This document shows, piece by piece, positions 1 to 14,100 of a stretch of 64,000 nucleotides of DNA. This stretch comes from the human T2T-CHM13v2.0 reference genome, Homo sapiens: the NCBI RefSeq assembly GCF_009914755.1, contig NC_060933.1; one strand, given 5' to 3'. A program made the translations under genes and the position numbers. The notes under the pieces were generated by a model, which worked only from the letters and a program-made list of their open reading frames with translations, was not told the DNA's origin and searched no databases. Position 1 is the first letter of the stretch. Each line of letters opens with the position of its first letter.

Positions 1-2395
1 CCCCATTGAGGAAGCAGAAAGTGGCCACCTAACATTACCAGGAAGGAGACCTCATTCAGCAATGTCTTAAGTCACCCACAGAGTAAGAATTGCTCTCATA
101 GTAAGCCTGTAAATTCAACAATAACTTGTGACTCTTTAAGATAAAAAAAACAAACAAACAAAAACAAAACAAAAAAAAACAGGAATGGATGCTGTTTGGG
201 AAAACAAAGCCTCCTAAAGCCAAAACTTTCAGGAAAGGATTCTTTGTATGTTAGGAAGTAAGGTGAGTCTCTGAAATGCATCCATGCATGTCACAGAAGC
301 CAAATAGTAACAAACAGCTTATGAAACAGAAAGCAGCCTCTTCCCAGACATTAGCCCCAGTGCCTATTTCCATTCAGAAAACAAGGCCAACCTCCCATAT
401 GTCAGGATCCACTAACCTCCGGGGAGGACTATGCTGAGAACAGAGACTACGTGCCATTCTCCCTCTCTTCTCCCTCCCCTGCAGCAGGCAATGTGTTCCC
501 AGTACTCTGTGAACTGTCTCTATTATGAGACAGATAATATTTCAGTGGGCCTACTTAATATTTTTAGTTCACCAAAAGTGGCACGCCGGTCTGTATGCAA
601 CTTCCAGTCTCTCAGAAATCCAGCGAAATGGGGGTGGAAAAAGATTATCTAAAACCAAAACCAACTGTAGCTTCTTTTGCCTTGGTAGGAGGGCTAGGGA
701 TGCCCCTGGGAAGGGAAATTTCTCTATAGCTACAAGGGAAGGAAAATCTGGATCTGCCAAAGGAGGTCCTGAGCCAAGTTTGGAAAGTAGGCTACAGATG
801 GCTGCATTGCTCTGTATTCTGCAGAGAGAAAAGTCAAGTCAGGGATGAGGAAGTAGCTGTGAAGCAGCAGGGTGGAAAAGAGGGCAGAGGCACACGGTGT
901 GCCGTGGAAATTTGGAGCTCAAGGTGACAAACAAGAATATCCAATATGCAATTTTGGATGGCTTACATTTTTGGCACTGTAAGCCCTATCACCTCCCTGA
1001 TCCTTCAGTAATGTCTGTGGCACACACTAACACGTTGTGGGAGTGGCTTTTGATGAAAATCATAGATAGGAGCCCAGTCCTAGACCTGGGTTGATATGGC
1101 AACAGAACAGAGAAGGAACTTTCAGAACAATTTGTTAACTGAACGAATTAAGTCACTGAAGAGCTTAGAGTCAGAAAACATAAGCAACCCAGGGACTCTT
1201 AGAACTCTGGCTGGGACACTGGACTTTCTGCAGGATGTGGAATGGAAGTTCAACCCTGTATTATCTGGATATTCAAGGGCAGAATGACTCCAGATGATGT
1301 CACAAGCTATTAAATGTGTTAGATGGGATCAGGTGGCTTTTAAATACTATACACCCAGCATTTTGCTAGTCAGGATACAGAACTAAGTATAGCAATGGCT
1401 TGTAGGATCTTGGAATATCTTGAACTATGGAATCATCTTTCCAAAGTGTGAATATGACCATGTCACTCCCTATCTAAGATGACTTCTTGATGCCTACAGA
1501 ATGAAGGCCAAGGTCCCTAGATTCAGGCTCAAGATCACCATGGCCTGACCCTGGAGCCTGCTGCTCAGCCCCGCTATGCCCTGCAGTTCCCCAGCCCAAC
1601 TCAGTAATGCCCAACTCTTTGCAACCACTCCCCTCTCCCCTTCTCCTTTACTGCTGTTTCCTGTACAAGGCTGTGCCTTTGCTCCTCCTCTTCCCTCTGC
1701 CTGAAGTGCCCTTCTGGCCTTTACTTACCCGGCTCTTATTCTTCCAGGTCTGGGCTCAGATGTCTCTTCTTCCAGGAAGCCATTCCTGTTGTCCCAGTTT
1801 GGGTCATGAGTCTCTTGTATATCCAGCATATAATTCTACAATAACATGTATAACATCAGGTTGAGATTATGTATATGTATATAACTTCTTGACTGAATGA
1901 AACACAAGCTTCTTTTATATAAGAATTTAGTCTTTGCAATCTTTGTGCCTTGAGTACGTAGCACAAAGTTGAATGCTTTTTAAGTGCTCAAATACTGGAT
2001 TGTAAAACTAAATTGATCCCATGATTGCAAACCATAGATTATTTTGTAAATAAGCATCCCAGTATTTAGGCCTCCAAGTAACCACTGTCTCTTGAAAGAA
2101 GTTTTCGTAAGAGGTTGTTTGCCTATCCCGGTGATTTCCTACTCAGCACACAAGTTACAGGTCCTATTGTGGATTTATATTCAGGGAGCACAAAGCTGAT
2201 TTTTGCATACATATTGTTATAAAAAAAAAAAACCCTTACATCTTTGAAGGTAGACTTAAGATTTTGAAACAGCAAAATCGTTGCACTTTCCATCAGGGAA
2301 CATAGTAATTGTCATGCTGGTTAATGCCCTTTTGAGACCCTCCATAGCTGTCCTAATGAGGAAGTCCTACAGATCGTATGTAGAGCTAATAACAT

Positions 2396-4813
2396 TGATA
2401 TGGTTTGGCTGTTTCTCTACCCAAATCTCATCTTGTAGCTCCCATAATTCCCATGTGTTGTGGGAGGGACCAGGTGGAAGATAATTGAATCACGAGGGTG
2501 GGTCTTTCCCATGCTGTTCTCCCGATTGTGAATAAGTCTCACGAGATCTGATAGTTTTAAAAACAGGAGTTTCCATGCACAATCTCTTTTTGCTTGCCAC
2601 CATCTGTGTAAGATGTGACTTGCTCCTTCTTGCCTCCCGGCATAATTGTGAGGCCTCCCCAGCCATGTGGAGCTGTAAGTCAATTAAACCTCTTTTTCTT
2701 CCCAGTCTTGAGTATGTATTTATCAGCAGCATGAAAACAGACTAATAGAGCAAATTGGTACCAGTAGAGTGAGGTGCTGCTGAAAAAATACCAGAAAATG
2801 TGGAAGTGAATTTGGAGCTGGGTAGCAGGCAGAGTTTGGAACCATTTGGAGGGCTCAGAAGAAGATAGGAAAATGTGGGAGAGTTTGGAACTTCCTAGAG
2901 ACTTGTTGAATGGCTTTGACCAAAATGTTGATAGTGATACGGACAGTGAAATCCAGGTTGAGGTGGTCTCAGACAGAGATGAGGAACTTCTTGGGAACTA
3001 GAGTAAAGGTGACTCTTGCCATATTTCAGCAAATACACTGGTGGCATTTTGCCCTGCCCAAGAGATTTGTGGAACTTTGAACTTGTTTCTTGAGGAATCA
3101 TTACTCTGATAGACACAAAAACAATTCCTCCTATCCCCCACCAAAGCAGCCCACAAAGATATCTCCATCTCCTGAGCTTTCAGAGAGTGTGCTGTCTGGC
3201 AAGAGAGATGATTTAGAGTATCTGGTAGAAAAAATTTCTAAGCAGCAAAGCGTTCAAAGAGGTGACTTGGGTGCTGTTAAAGGCATTCAGATTTAAAGGG
3301 GAAACAAAGCATAAAAGTTCCAAAAATTTGCTGCCTGACAATGCAACAGAAAGGAAAATTCCATTTTCTGAGGAGAAATTCAAGCTGCCTGCAGAAATCT
3401 GCCTAAGTAACAAGGAGCCAAATGTTAGTCATCAATCCAATGGGGTAAATGTTTCCAGGGCATGTCAGAGACCTTTGCAGCAGCCGCCCCCACCCCGCCC
3501 CCGGCCGCTGCCATCACAGGCCCAGAGGCTTAGAGGGAGAAAATGATTTTGTGGCCCAGGCCCAGGGTCCCTCTGCTGTATGCAGTCTAGGAACTTGGTC
3601 CCCTGCAACCCAGCTGCTCCAACTATGACTAAAAGGAGTCAAGGTACACCTTGGGCTTTTGCTTCAGAGGATGGAAGCCCCAAGCCTTGGCAGCTTCTAC
3701 ATGGTGTTGAGCCTGCACATGCATAGAAGTCAATAACTGGGGTTTGGAAACCTCTGCCTAAATTTTGAGCATGTATGCAAATGCCTGGATGTCCAGGCAG
3801 AAGTTTGCTGCAAGGGTGGGGAGCTCATGGAGAACCTCTGCTAGGGAAGTGCGGAAGGGAAATGTAGGGTCAGAGCCCCCACACAGAGTCCCTACTGGGG
3901 CATCACCTACTGGAGCTGTGAGAAGAGGGCCACCATCCTCCAGACGCTAGAATGGTAGATCTTCCAACAACTTGCACTGTGTGCCTGGAAAAGCCACAGA
4001 CATGCAACACCAGCCCACGAAAGCAGTCAGGAATGGAGCTATACCCTGCAAAGCCACAGGGGCAGAGCTGCTCAAGGCTGTGGGAGCCTGCCTCTTGCAT
4101 CAGCGTGACCTAGATGTGAAACACCGAGTTAAAGGAGATCATTTTGGAGCTTTAAGATTTGACTGCCCACTGGATTTTGGATTTGCATGGAGCCTGTAGC
4201 CCCTTTGTTTTGGTCAATTTCTCCCATTTGGGATGGCTGTATTTACCTAATGCCTGTACCCCCATTGTATGTAGGAAGTAACTAACTTGCTTTTATTTTA
4301 CAGAGTCATAGGCAGAAGGGACTTGCTTTGTCTCAGATGAGACTTTGGACTATGGACTTTTGAGTTAATGATGAAATGACTTAAGACTTTGGGGGACTTT
4401 TGGGAAGGCATGATTGGTTTTGAAATGTGAAGACATGAAATTTGGGAGGGGCCAGGGGTGGAATGATATGGTTTGGCTCTGTGTCACCACCCAAATCTCA
4501 TCTTGTAGCTCCCATAATTCCCACATGTTGTGGAAGGGACCTGGTGGGAGATAATTTAATCATGGGGATAGGTCTTTCTCATGCTGTTCTCATGATAGTG
4601 AATAAGTCTCACAAGATCTGATGGTTTCAAAAATGGGAGCACATGCTCTCTTTTTGCCTACTGCCATCCATGTAAGACAAGACTTGCTCCTCCTTACCTT
4701 CTGATATGATTGTGAGGCCTCCCCAGCCACGTGGAACTGTAAGTCCATTAAACCTCCTTTTCTTCCCAGTCTCGGGTATGCCTTCATCAGCAGTGTGAAA
4801 ATGGACTAATACA
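2396..4813 (+). mobile_element. Full-length THE1 (ERVL-MaLR) element: 5' LTR 2396-2749, internal region, 3' LTR 4464-4813
   Basis: Both LTRs start TGATATGGTTTGGCT and end ACTAATAGA/ACTAATACA. The internal region starts gcaaattggtaccagtagag, and a purine tract (gggaggggccaggggtggaa) precedes the 3' LTR. Confidence 0.92.
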
Positions 4814-6656
4814 AGCAACATCTTCGAAAAAACACATAACCAGGGAAAGGAATTACATTGAAATGGTAACAGTCATCTAGGTTACTATACACTGGTGGGG
4901 TTATTTTTAAAGTTATCCTATAGCTTGATAATCACACCTGTTACTTAGTTTTTGTGTGTTTAGAATTGATGTGCCAACTAAGTACCTTAATTAAGCATTG
5001 CTTGATCCCACAGTCCTCATGGGTTCTTACCCTAGTTATCAGAGAGTTTAAAGTCAACATTTAAGCCTATGATTTATTAAGCATCTACTACAGGCACAAA
5101 AGGGTTCTGTGTACTCTGAAACAGATTATTGAGATGAAGTCCCTCTTATGTATAACAGTTTAATGGCAAAGCAAAGCTCAGTGGGTCCCAAATAAACATG
5201 CCAGACAGATAGCACACTCTCTGAAAGCTCAGGAGATAGAGATATCTTTGTGGGCTGCTTTGGTGGAGGACAGGAGGAATTATTTTTTGTGTCTATCAGA
5301 GTAATTGTTTTTCAAGAAACAAACCCCACTTTAAAAGCCCAATGAAACCAAAAGATCCTCCCAGAAAACATTTAAACTCATAAAATTTTACATTTAATTT
5401 CAGGAATTCCTGTATCTCCTGGTGTCTATGTATATGGGGATTCTAAAAAGGTCTATATCAGAAGTTAGAAACCTCTGTTTTATATACATTTAAATAAATT
5501 CACATTATCTATGCCTGTTCTCTTTTTTTTTCTAAAATCCCACACGTAAGTTCTCTGAGATACCATCAAAACAGAGTATTAATGGGTGGAAAAAATATCT
5601 TATTTAAAAGTAAAACATAGACATTTCTTTATGGAATTGTAACATTTGGAAACTTATCGACAAAATATTCAACTCCAGGAGTGTAATATTGGCTTACGCT
5701 ATGAATATACCAAGTGTGTATATTTTGAATCTTGCAAACTAGGAATCACTTCATCACCATCTCCGTATTGTCCCTCTGGAGAGGCAGTATGCCATATGTA
5801 GAAGCATGAAAGCCAGAGTTAAGAGATTTGAGTTCTGATCTTAGTTTTGCCACTTACTTATTATAGTCGTGGTCAATTATCTTCCATCTCCATGCCTCCA
5901 TTTCTGCATCCGTACAATGAGTGAATGATAAAATTTGACTTAGTTGCTTCACACAGTTGTTATGGGGACCAGACGGGATGACAGATGTATACGATCCAAA
6001 TGTGAGCTTTTTTGTTTTGTTTTGTTTTTAAGGCACTTGAATAAAAGACATTTGCCATGGGTGCATTTTGCAGGTTCAATTTCCAGAAAGAAATTTTATT
6101 GAGGTTTGACATCACAGACTTTACAATGAAAATCACTGTGCAGAATGTTCTGTGTTTAAAATACCACCACCCCTGGTGACAATGCCAAGTCATTCAAACT
6201 AATGCCAAGTGAAAGCCATTCCCTAACAGTGTTTTTTCCCAACAACACTTTATTATATTAGAAATGTGCTTAGGCATTGTTTGGGTTGCAGTTCAGAAGG
6301 AAATGCTGAAAGATGCTTTCATAAAACTTATATTTGGGGAAATATTTTCATAAGCTGAAAAGGGCTTATAAAATATGATGGTTTCATATTATTATTTTTA
6401 GTTTAACTTACTAAACTTTTAAGTTGGCACTGGCCTGGCCTATCCTACCCTGAGAGCCAATGCAATAAAGTGAAACTCATTGAGATTGGCCATTGCAATC
6501 TGATAAATCGAATTTCAATATTGTTTAATAAAAATAATAAACAGTGTGGAATGAAATATGTTGGATATCATGCCCAGAACAGGAGACCATGTTTATTCAA
6601 AAGGACAAATCTCTGGTATCGAAGGAAGGTGGCAATATTACAGAGTTGTATTATGA

Positions 6657-6970
<314 letters not shown>

Positions 6971-7499
6971 CCAGTTTTCTTTCATGACTCTTTAAACCTA
7001 GAAAGAAAAGAAAATCTAAAATCGTCTTTAAAAAATTCTAGTCACTTAAAAATGCTGCAGTCTAACTCTGGTCTTGGCACTTCATAAAGTAAGTGTCAAG
7101 CCAGGTTGGATTTATTTAGCTGAATTAGAAACCTGAGGGAGCAGAATTAATTTTTCAGTGACAATGGTTGCAGCCCACTCATTGCCTCCCCATATAGAAA
7201 AATCTTTCAGACTATTCACAGTTTTCATCAAATGGGGTCACTTTCCCTTCTATGTAGGAAATTCCTTCCAGCCTGTGAAAGATTAAACAAAAGCTTTTTC
7301 TGCAGGAACTTTGGAAATTAGAATATAATGTTTTCCTGGGTGTTTATATTGCCCTCGCTGCCAACATATTTCCTGCCCATGGCTGCCAGGTTCATCTCTC
7401 CAAAACCCACTTTGCAAACATCATCTTTTTACCATAGAAACTATCTCAGGTTTCTGAGCAAAGTCGAAGCTCTTGAGCCTGGCATTCAAGGCCTTCCAA

Positions 7500-8410
7500 A
7501 TGGCTTTGCTGGTAAATTCGACCAAATATTTAAGAAAGAAATAATACCACTATGACCTAATCTCTCCAGAAAATTGAAGAGAATAGAATCTTTCCCAACT
7601 CATTTTAAGAGATCAACGTTATGCTGATACCAAAACCAGATGAAGACATTACAAGAAAATAGATCAATATTCCTCATGAGCACAGACGAAAAAATTCTTA
7701 ACAAAATATTATATTAGCAAATGAAATCCAGCAACACAGAAAATGGATAATACAACATGACCATATGGGGTTTATCTTAAGGATGCAGGGCTAGTGTAAC
7801 AACTGAAACCCAATTAATGTAATTTGTGATATTAATAGATTACAAAAGAAACCAAGTGATCATCTCAGTAGGTACAGAAATAGCATTTGACAAAATACAG
7901 CATCTATTCCTAATAAAAAAATCTCAGCAAACTAGAAATCGAAGGGTACCTCCTCAACCTCACAAAAAGCGTTTACAAAATGTTTATAGCTAACATCACA
8001 CTTAATAGCAGAAGACTGACTGACTGCTCTCACCCTAAGATCAGGAATAAGGCAAAGGTCTTTTCTTTCACCACTTCAATTCACTATTGTATTAGGGATT
8101 CTAGTCAATTCAATAATACAAGAAAAAAGAAATAAAATGCATCCAGATTGAAAGGAAGAAGTAAACTTTCTTTATTCACAAATGACATTATCAACTGTCC
8201 CGATAATGTTACAAAATCTATAAAAAAAGGTCCTAAACTTAATATGTGTTTAGCAGTTGCAGGATATAAATGCAGTGCACAAATATCAATTGTCTTTCTA
8301 TAAACTAACAACAATCAGAACATGAAACTTAACAATACATTTGACATCATCAAAAATATAAAAACTTTAGGTATAAAGCTGACAAAAGACCTGAAGACCT
8401 GAACTTAAGA
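7500..8410 (+). mobile_element. Old L1 (L1M) ORF2 fragment
   Basis: Degenerate L1 ORF2 motifs (ttcccaactcatt, ctgataccaaaaccaga, gcatttgacaaaat, agatcaggaataaggcaa). Confidence 0.8.
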
Positions 8411-8419
8411 ATGTAGCCT

Positions 8420-8660
8420 ATTTTGATAAATGCTACATATGAATTGTAAGAGAATATGAACTCTGCTGTTGTTGGGTGGAGTGTTCTGCAAATGTCAATT
8501 AGGTCAAATTAGTTGATAGTGCTGTTCAAATTGTATATATTCTCACAGATTTTCTGTTTTTTCAGTTATTGAGAAAGGTATTGAAATCTCTAACTATAAA
8601 TATGCATTGTCTATTGATTCTTGCAGTTCCATCAGTTTTTGTCCACATATTTAACACTCT
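8420..8660 (-). mobile_element. Old L1 fragment, antisense
   Basis: ctgctgttgttgggtggagtgttctg...gtcaattaggtcaa...gttgatagtgctgttca matches antisense L1 ORF2 5' region. Confidence 0.7.
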
Positions 8661-8681
8661 ACTCAGAAAAGTCCTGTTCTG

Positions 8682-9263
8682 TTTGGAGACTTCTCAAAGA
8701 ATTTAAAATAGAATTACCGTTTGACCCAGCAATTCCATTTACCCACAGAAATATAAGTCGTTCTACCCTGAAGACACATGCACACCTATGTTCACTGCAG
8801 CACTATTCACAATAGCAAAGACGTGGAATCAACCCAGGTGGCCACCAAAAGTGGACTGGATAAAGAAAATGCAGTATGTATACACTAAAGAATACTACGC
8901 AACTATAAAAAAAATTGAGATCATAGTCTTTGCAGCAACGTGGATGGAGCCGGAGGCCACAATCCTAAGCAAATTAACGCAGGAACAGAAAACCAAATGC
9001 CGCATATTCTCACTTATATGTGGGAGTTAAACATTGAGTACACATGAACACAAAGAAGGGAACAATAGACGTCGGGGCCTAACTGAGGGTGAAGGATGGG
9101 AGAAGGGTGAGGACTGAAAAACAACCTATCGGATATTATTCTGCTTACCTGAGTGTCAAAATTATCTGTATACCAAATCCCTGCAACACACAATTTCCCC
9201 GTGTAACAAACCTGCACAGGTACCCCTTGAACGTAAAATAAAAGTTGGAAAGAAAAAAAAAAA
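8682..9263 (+). mobile_element. 5'-truncated L1PA (older subfamily) 3' end with poly-A and TSD
   Basis: gacccagcaattcc, tggataaagaaaat, aataaaagttgg plus A-tail; degenerate TSD agaaaagtcctgttctg (8665-8681) / agaaaaatcctggtccg (9264-9280). Confidence 0.88.
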
Positions 9264-9660
9264 AGAAAAATCCTGGTCCGTGCCTGACAATAATAGCTTG
9301 TGTGAAAGCGCATGCGCACACTCACACACACGCATGTGAGGGCACCTATCAATCGTTGTCACTTATAAATGCAAATGAAAATATTCCAAATAAAATGCTA
9401 GCAAATTAAATTCAAAGATACCATAAAGGGCATAATCCACCATAACCAAGTCATAATTATTGTGCTATGCTAGAAAAATTTAATATTAAGAAATCTAATA
9501 TGGCACATCAATGGATCAAATAAGACAAACCTTATAATATAAAACGTCCAAAAGGCATTCTGTAAAATGGAATAAGCAATTTTAAATAAAAGCTCTCTGA
9601 AAACCAGGATTACAAAGACACTTCTTTAAAATGATAAAAATATACAGCACTTTTAAATCA

Positions 9661-10126
<466 letters not shown>

Positions 10127-11149
10127 TCAGTTCATGCCAGAGGCAGTTGTTGCAGGTTACTCAATAGGGCTTGGTGTCATAGGGTTTATACCTCAGGGTC
10201 ATAGGGCTTATACTTCACATCTAATTTGGCCAAATAATTATGGCAAAAGCTTCTGTGAGCCACATAGATTAAATGATGTAGAAAATAAAAAGTCAAAATT
10301 ATTGGGAAAATAATTTCCTTATAGCTGCATCAAATGGGACAAACTTTTCTTATAACTGTTTGGTCTTATTTTCAGAGTTCTATTTCCTGGCCTGTCTTAT
10401 TAACACATCCTTTGTCGTACAACTGAAATATCTATAGCAATAGGAATTATACAGTGAGAATATTTTTTGTTTTAATAAAATACTATTATATTATGCATAT
10501 TTTATAGCCTGCATTTTTTCACTTAGCCATACATTGTGACCATTTTTCTACATAATGTATGTTTGGCTAAATTATTATTGTATAGGTTACATAATATGTC
10601 ATGATATAGCCCTCCCACCATCTACTTAACCTTGTCCCTATTTATAAGCATTTGATTTTGCCTCAGATTTTTCTAAAGTTGGGTTTTTAAAGCATATTCC
10701 CACCTCCTCCACCCACACAGCAAATAGAAAACTCATTAGATTTTCCTCATAACCCAGATTACTCTCTCTCTTATCTTAATAACCAAGTTTACACTCTGCA
10801 AGAAATAAACCAGAACTTTGGATGAAAACAGGGTGGAGCACGCTGGGAGTAAACATTGTCTATTTTCAGAGCCCCAGTCTTCTTAACTCCCAGAATATTT
10901 CAGCCAGATTTATACGTGCTTCTATGCACACACACGACAGGGAACTAAGGGTTTTGATATGACCAAGGAAAAGGATCTGTAGGTGCCGACGGTCAGAATT
11001 CCCTCTAAAAATGGCAAGGTACTGAACAAAACCATGTATAGAGAAAATCACCAGTCAGCAAGCCCTACTCGTGCACATGGTTTTAATCAACATTTTAGTT
11101 CCTCACTCTTAAGTACAAACAGCCAAAAGATCACCCAAATTTTTAAAAA

Positions 11150-12430
11150 GCCTTCCAACATGCAAGACAGACTAAATTGAACAAGAAAAAATAGCTTCAG
11201 AAGAATTCATGTCAATGAAGAAAACAGAAGAAAATGTTTAAAAAAATCTCTATAATTCACAGCTTTGAAACATAAAATACTGCGTATATAAGAATCGGAT
11301 TTTATAAAAAAGTAATATTCCAAAAATAAGGAAAATTTTTGAAAGTTAAAAATAGTATAACCAAAAATAAACCAGTCAGCAAAATAATTCTAAAATAAAA
11401 TGGATAAAAAAAATTCCAAAAAGTAGAACAGAAGTCAAAGAAAGAGAAAATAAGAGACAAAATACGTGATAACTAGAGGATCAGTCTAGGAGGCCCAATA
11501 CTCGAAGACAAAGTTCCAGGAAGAGTTTGGAGAAAATGAGATAAAGAATATCATTGAAGTAATAACATGAGAATTTACTGGAAGAGAAAAAAAATGAGTT
11601 TTCAGACTGAAAGGACCTCTCCCGCCACCTGACTGTCCAGCACAATAAAACACATATACCCCAAGATACATCACCACAACATTTCAGACAACTGAGAACA
11701 AAGTGGAGATCATAAATATTTCCAGAAATAAAAAACAGGCCACAAATAGATCAGACAACCATATGTCACTAGACTTCTCAACAACACCAGACACCAGAAG
11801 AAAATGGAATGGCTTTAATATGCTGAAGAAAGATTAGTTTAACCTAGAATTCTATATCCAATCAAACTATTAATCAAATGAGAGAGGGGTGAAATAAACA
11901 CATTTTCAGCCATGCATCCTCTCAGAAAGATTTACCAAACCAAGTTAGGTGATTATTTTCAAGAAAATAAAAAGTAATTGTACAAGAAAAATTAAAATAC
12001 ACACGATTCGTATTTACATTGTTATGAAAAACAAGAATAAGATTTACATTGTTATAAAAATATAAATACAACTATTAATAATAGTAATCTACAACTCGAT
12101 TACTATAATCAAACATTGTGTAATAGAAGGATAGAGAAGAAGAACATGGAGGCAGAGCTGTGAGGAGTTTTAAGTGAGTAAAATTCTCACGTTTGATAGT
12201 AACAAGTCAATTGATAATCTCTAACTCAATAAAAAATAAGATTTAGTAGTAAAATTTTATCATTTAGAAAATGAAGTGAAATACTAGCATTAAGGGTAGT
12301 AAAAGTTAACAGTACTTGTCTCTGGGTAGCTGGGATCAAGGGTGGGAAAGAGGTGAGAGAAGGGACCACAGGTTTTCATTATAATCATTGTAGAACTTTT
12401 TAATTTTTAAAACAGTGCCTACATTTTGTT
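11150..12430 (+). mobile_element. Ancient L1 (L1ME-like) ORF1-region fragments
   Basis: A-rich; ttttcagactgaaagg, agacttctcaacaaca, aacctagaattctatatcca. Confidence 0.6.
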
Positions 12431-12754
12431 TCTTAAATAACTTCAAAAAGAGCATGAAGCAAGGGCTTTGATGGCATGAACACATAGGGTTGAGGAAGTT
12501 CCTTTATGCTTTGGTGTAAGGAAGATAAAATGATATTCCAAGAAACAGGGTGACCTCTGAATTCCACGATGCATTGAGGAACGTGTAGGCTGTGCCAGCA
12601 ATGCCAGAGGCACATAGAAAGGAATATGCACTCTAGTTTAAATAACTACACAGAAAGTTTTTAAAACATTCACCTGGATCAGAAACTGCTTTCTCTGCCA
12701 GAACTCTTGCCTGAGTCCAGCCAGGGAATACCATCTGTCAGATATCTAGGCCTG

Positions 12755-13119
12755 TGGTATGGCTTTGCTGTGTCCCCACCCAAGACTCATCTTGAATTGT
12801 AGCTCCCATAATTCCCACATGTTGTGGGAGGGACCTGGTGGGAGGTAATTGAATCATAGGGGCAGGTCTTTCCTGTGTTGTTCTTCTGATAGTGAATAAA
12901 TCTCACGACATCTGATGGTTTTATAAAGGGGAGTTCCCCTGCACACTCTCTCTTTGCCTGCCAGCATGTGAGATGTAACTTTACTCCTCATTCATCTTCC
13001 ACCATGATTCTGAGGCCTTCCCAGCCATGTGGAATTGTGAGTCCATTAAACCTCTTTTCTTTATAAATTACTCAGGCTCCAGTATGTCTTTATTAGTACC
13101 ATGAGAACAGACTAATACA
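12755..13119 (+). mobile_element. THE1 solo LTR
   Basis: tggtatggctttgctgtgtccccaccc...gactaataca; 5-bp TSD gcctg/acctg. Confidence 0.92.
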
Positions 13120-13544
13120 ACCTGGATCAGAGAACCAAATTTTGCAAAATGGAAGAAAAAATAATTGAAGAGATGGAAGAGGATGCAGGGAAGACATAGG
13201 CATAGGGAAAAGAGTGGGAGAGATCATGAATTGATCATTTATTGCTTGCCTGCCATGTTTCAGGTCACTGTACTTAAGCATACTACCTCCACGATAACGT
13301 ATATTCTCACATCACAATAATTAGGCATTTCTATTATCTCCATTTTACCAACAAGAAAGCTGGAATTCTGAGGAGTGAACTTGCCTGACCAAAGCCACAC
13401 CATTAACAAACGGTGGGGCTTGGATTTGAGCCAAGTCTGACAGATGCCAAAGTCTCCTGTGCCATGACAGAGAAAAAGAAACCCAAACAAACAAGTTTCC
13501 CGTGCTTCCTGGGCATATTAAAATGTCAGGTTTGTTGTGTGTTT

Positions 13545-14100
13545 GCTTTTTAAAATTGTAGGAAAATATGCTTAACATAAAATTGACCATTTTAACCATT
13601 TCAGTGTATACAATTCAGCAGCACTAAGTACATTCACAATATTTGCAATTGTCATTACTATTTCCAGAACTTATTTATCATCCCAAACAGAAACTCTGTA
13701 CATTAAACAATAACAACTCCCTATTCCCCACTTCCCCAGCTTCTGCTAAATTCTATTTTACTTTCTGACTCATTGAATTTGTCTAGTCTACTTACCTAAT
13801 ATAAGTGGAATTGTATAATATTTATCCTTTTGTGCCCTGCTTTTGTGTTTGGCTTAATTTGCATGTGGCTTGTTAAGTATAATGTTTTCAAGATTCATCC
13901 TTGTAACATGCATCAGAATGTCATTCCTTTCAAAGGCTAAATAATATTCCATTGTATGTATGTAATACAGTTTTTTTATCCATGCATCTGTTGATGGACA
14001 TTTGGGTTATTTTTATTTTTTGGCTATCGTGAATAATGCTGCTATGAACATTGGTGTACAAATAACCATTCAAATACTTGCTTTCAATTCTATAGTATTT
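13545..14100 (-). mobile_element. L1MB-like 3' end, antisense
   Basis: aacataaaattgaccattttaacc, gtgaataatgctgctatgaacattggtgtaca. Confidence 0.8.

Noticed and set aside
1-2390. Short ORFs at the window start
   Set aside because: No homology, codon bias or exon structure recognisable.
7500-8660. Opposite-orientation L1 pieces as a twin-priming inversion
   Set aside because: The order (sense piece first, then antisense) and lack of a shared TSD do not fit; probably separate or rearranged old fragments.
8621-9030. ORFs resembling L1 ORF2 C-terminus (ELPFDPAIP, WNQPRWP)
   Set aside because: Frameshifted remnants of a 5'-truncated L1, not a gene.
12672-13131. 12-bp repeat acctggatcaga on both sides of the THE1 solo LTR
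   Set aside because: The left copy is ~70 bp from the LTR edge; the true TSD is the 5-bp gcctg/acctg; likely chance.
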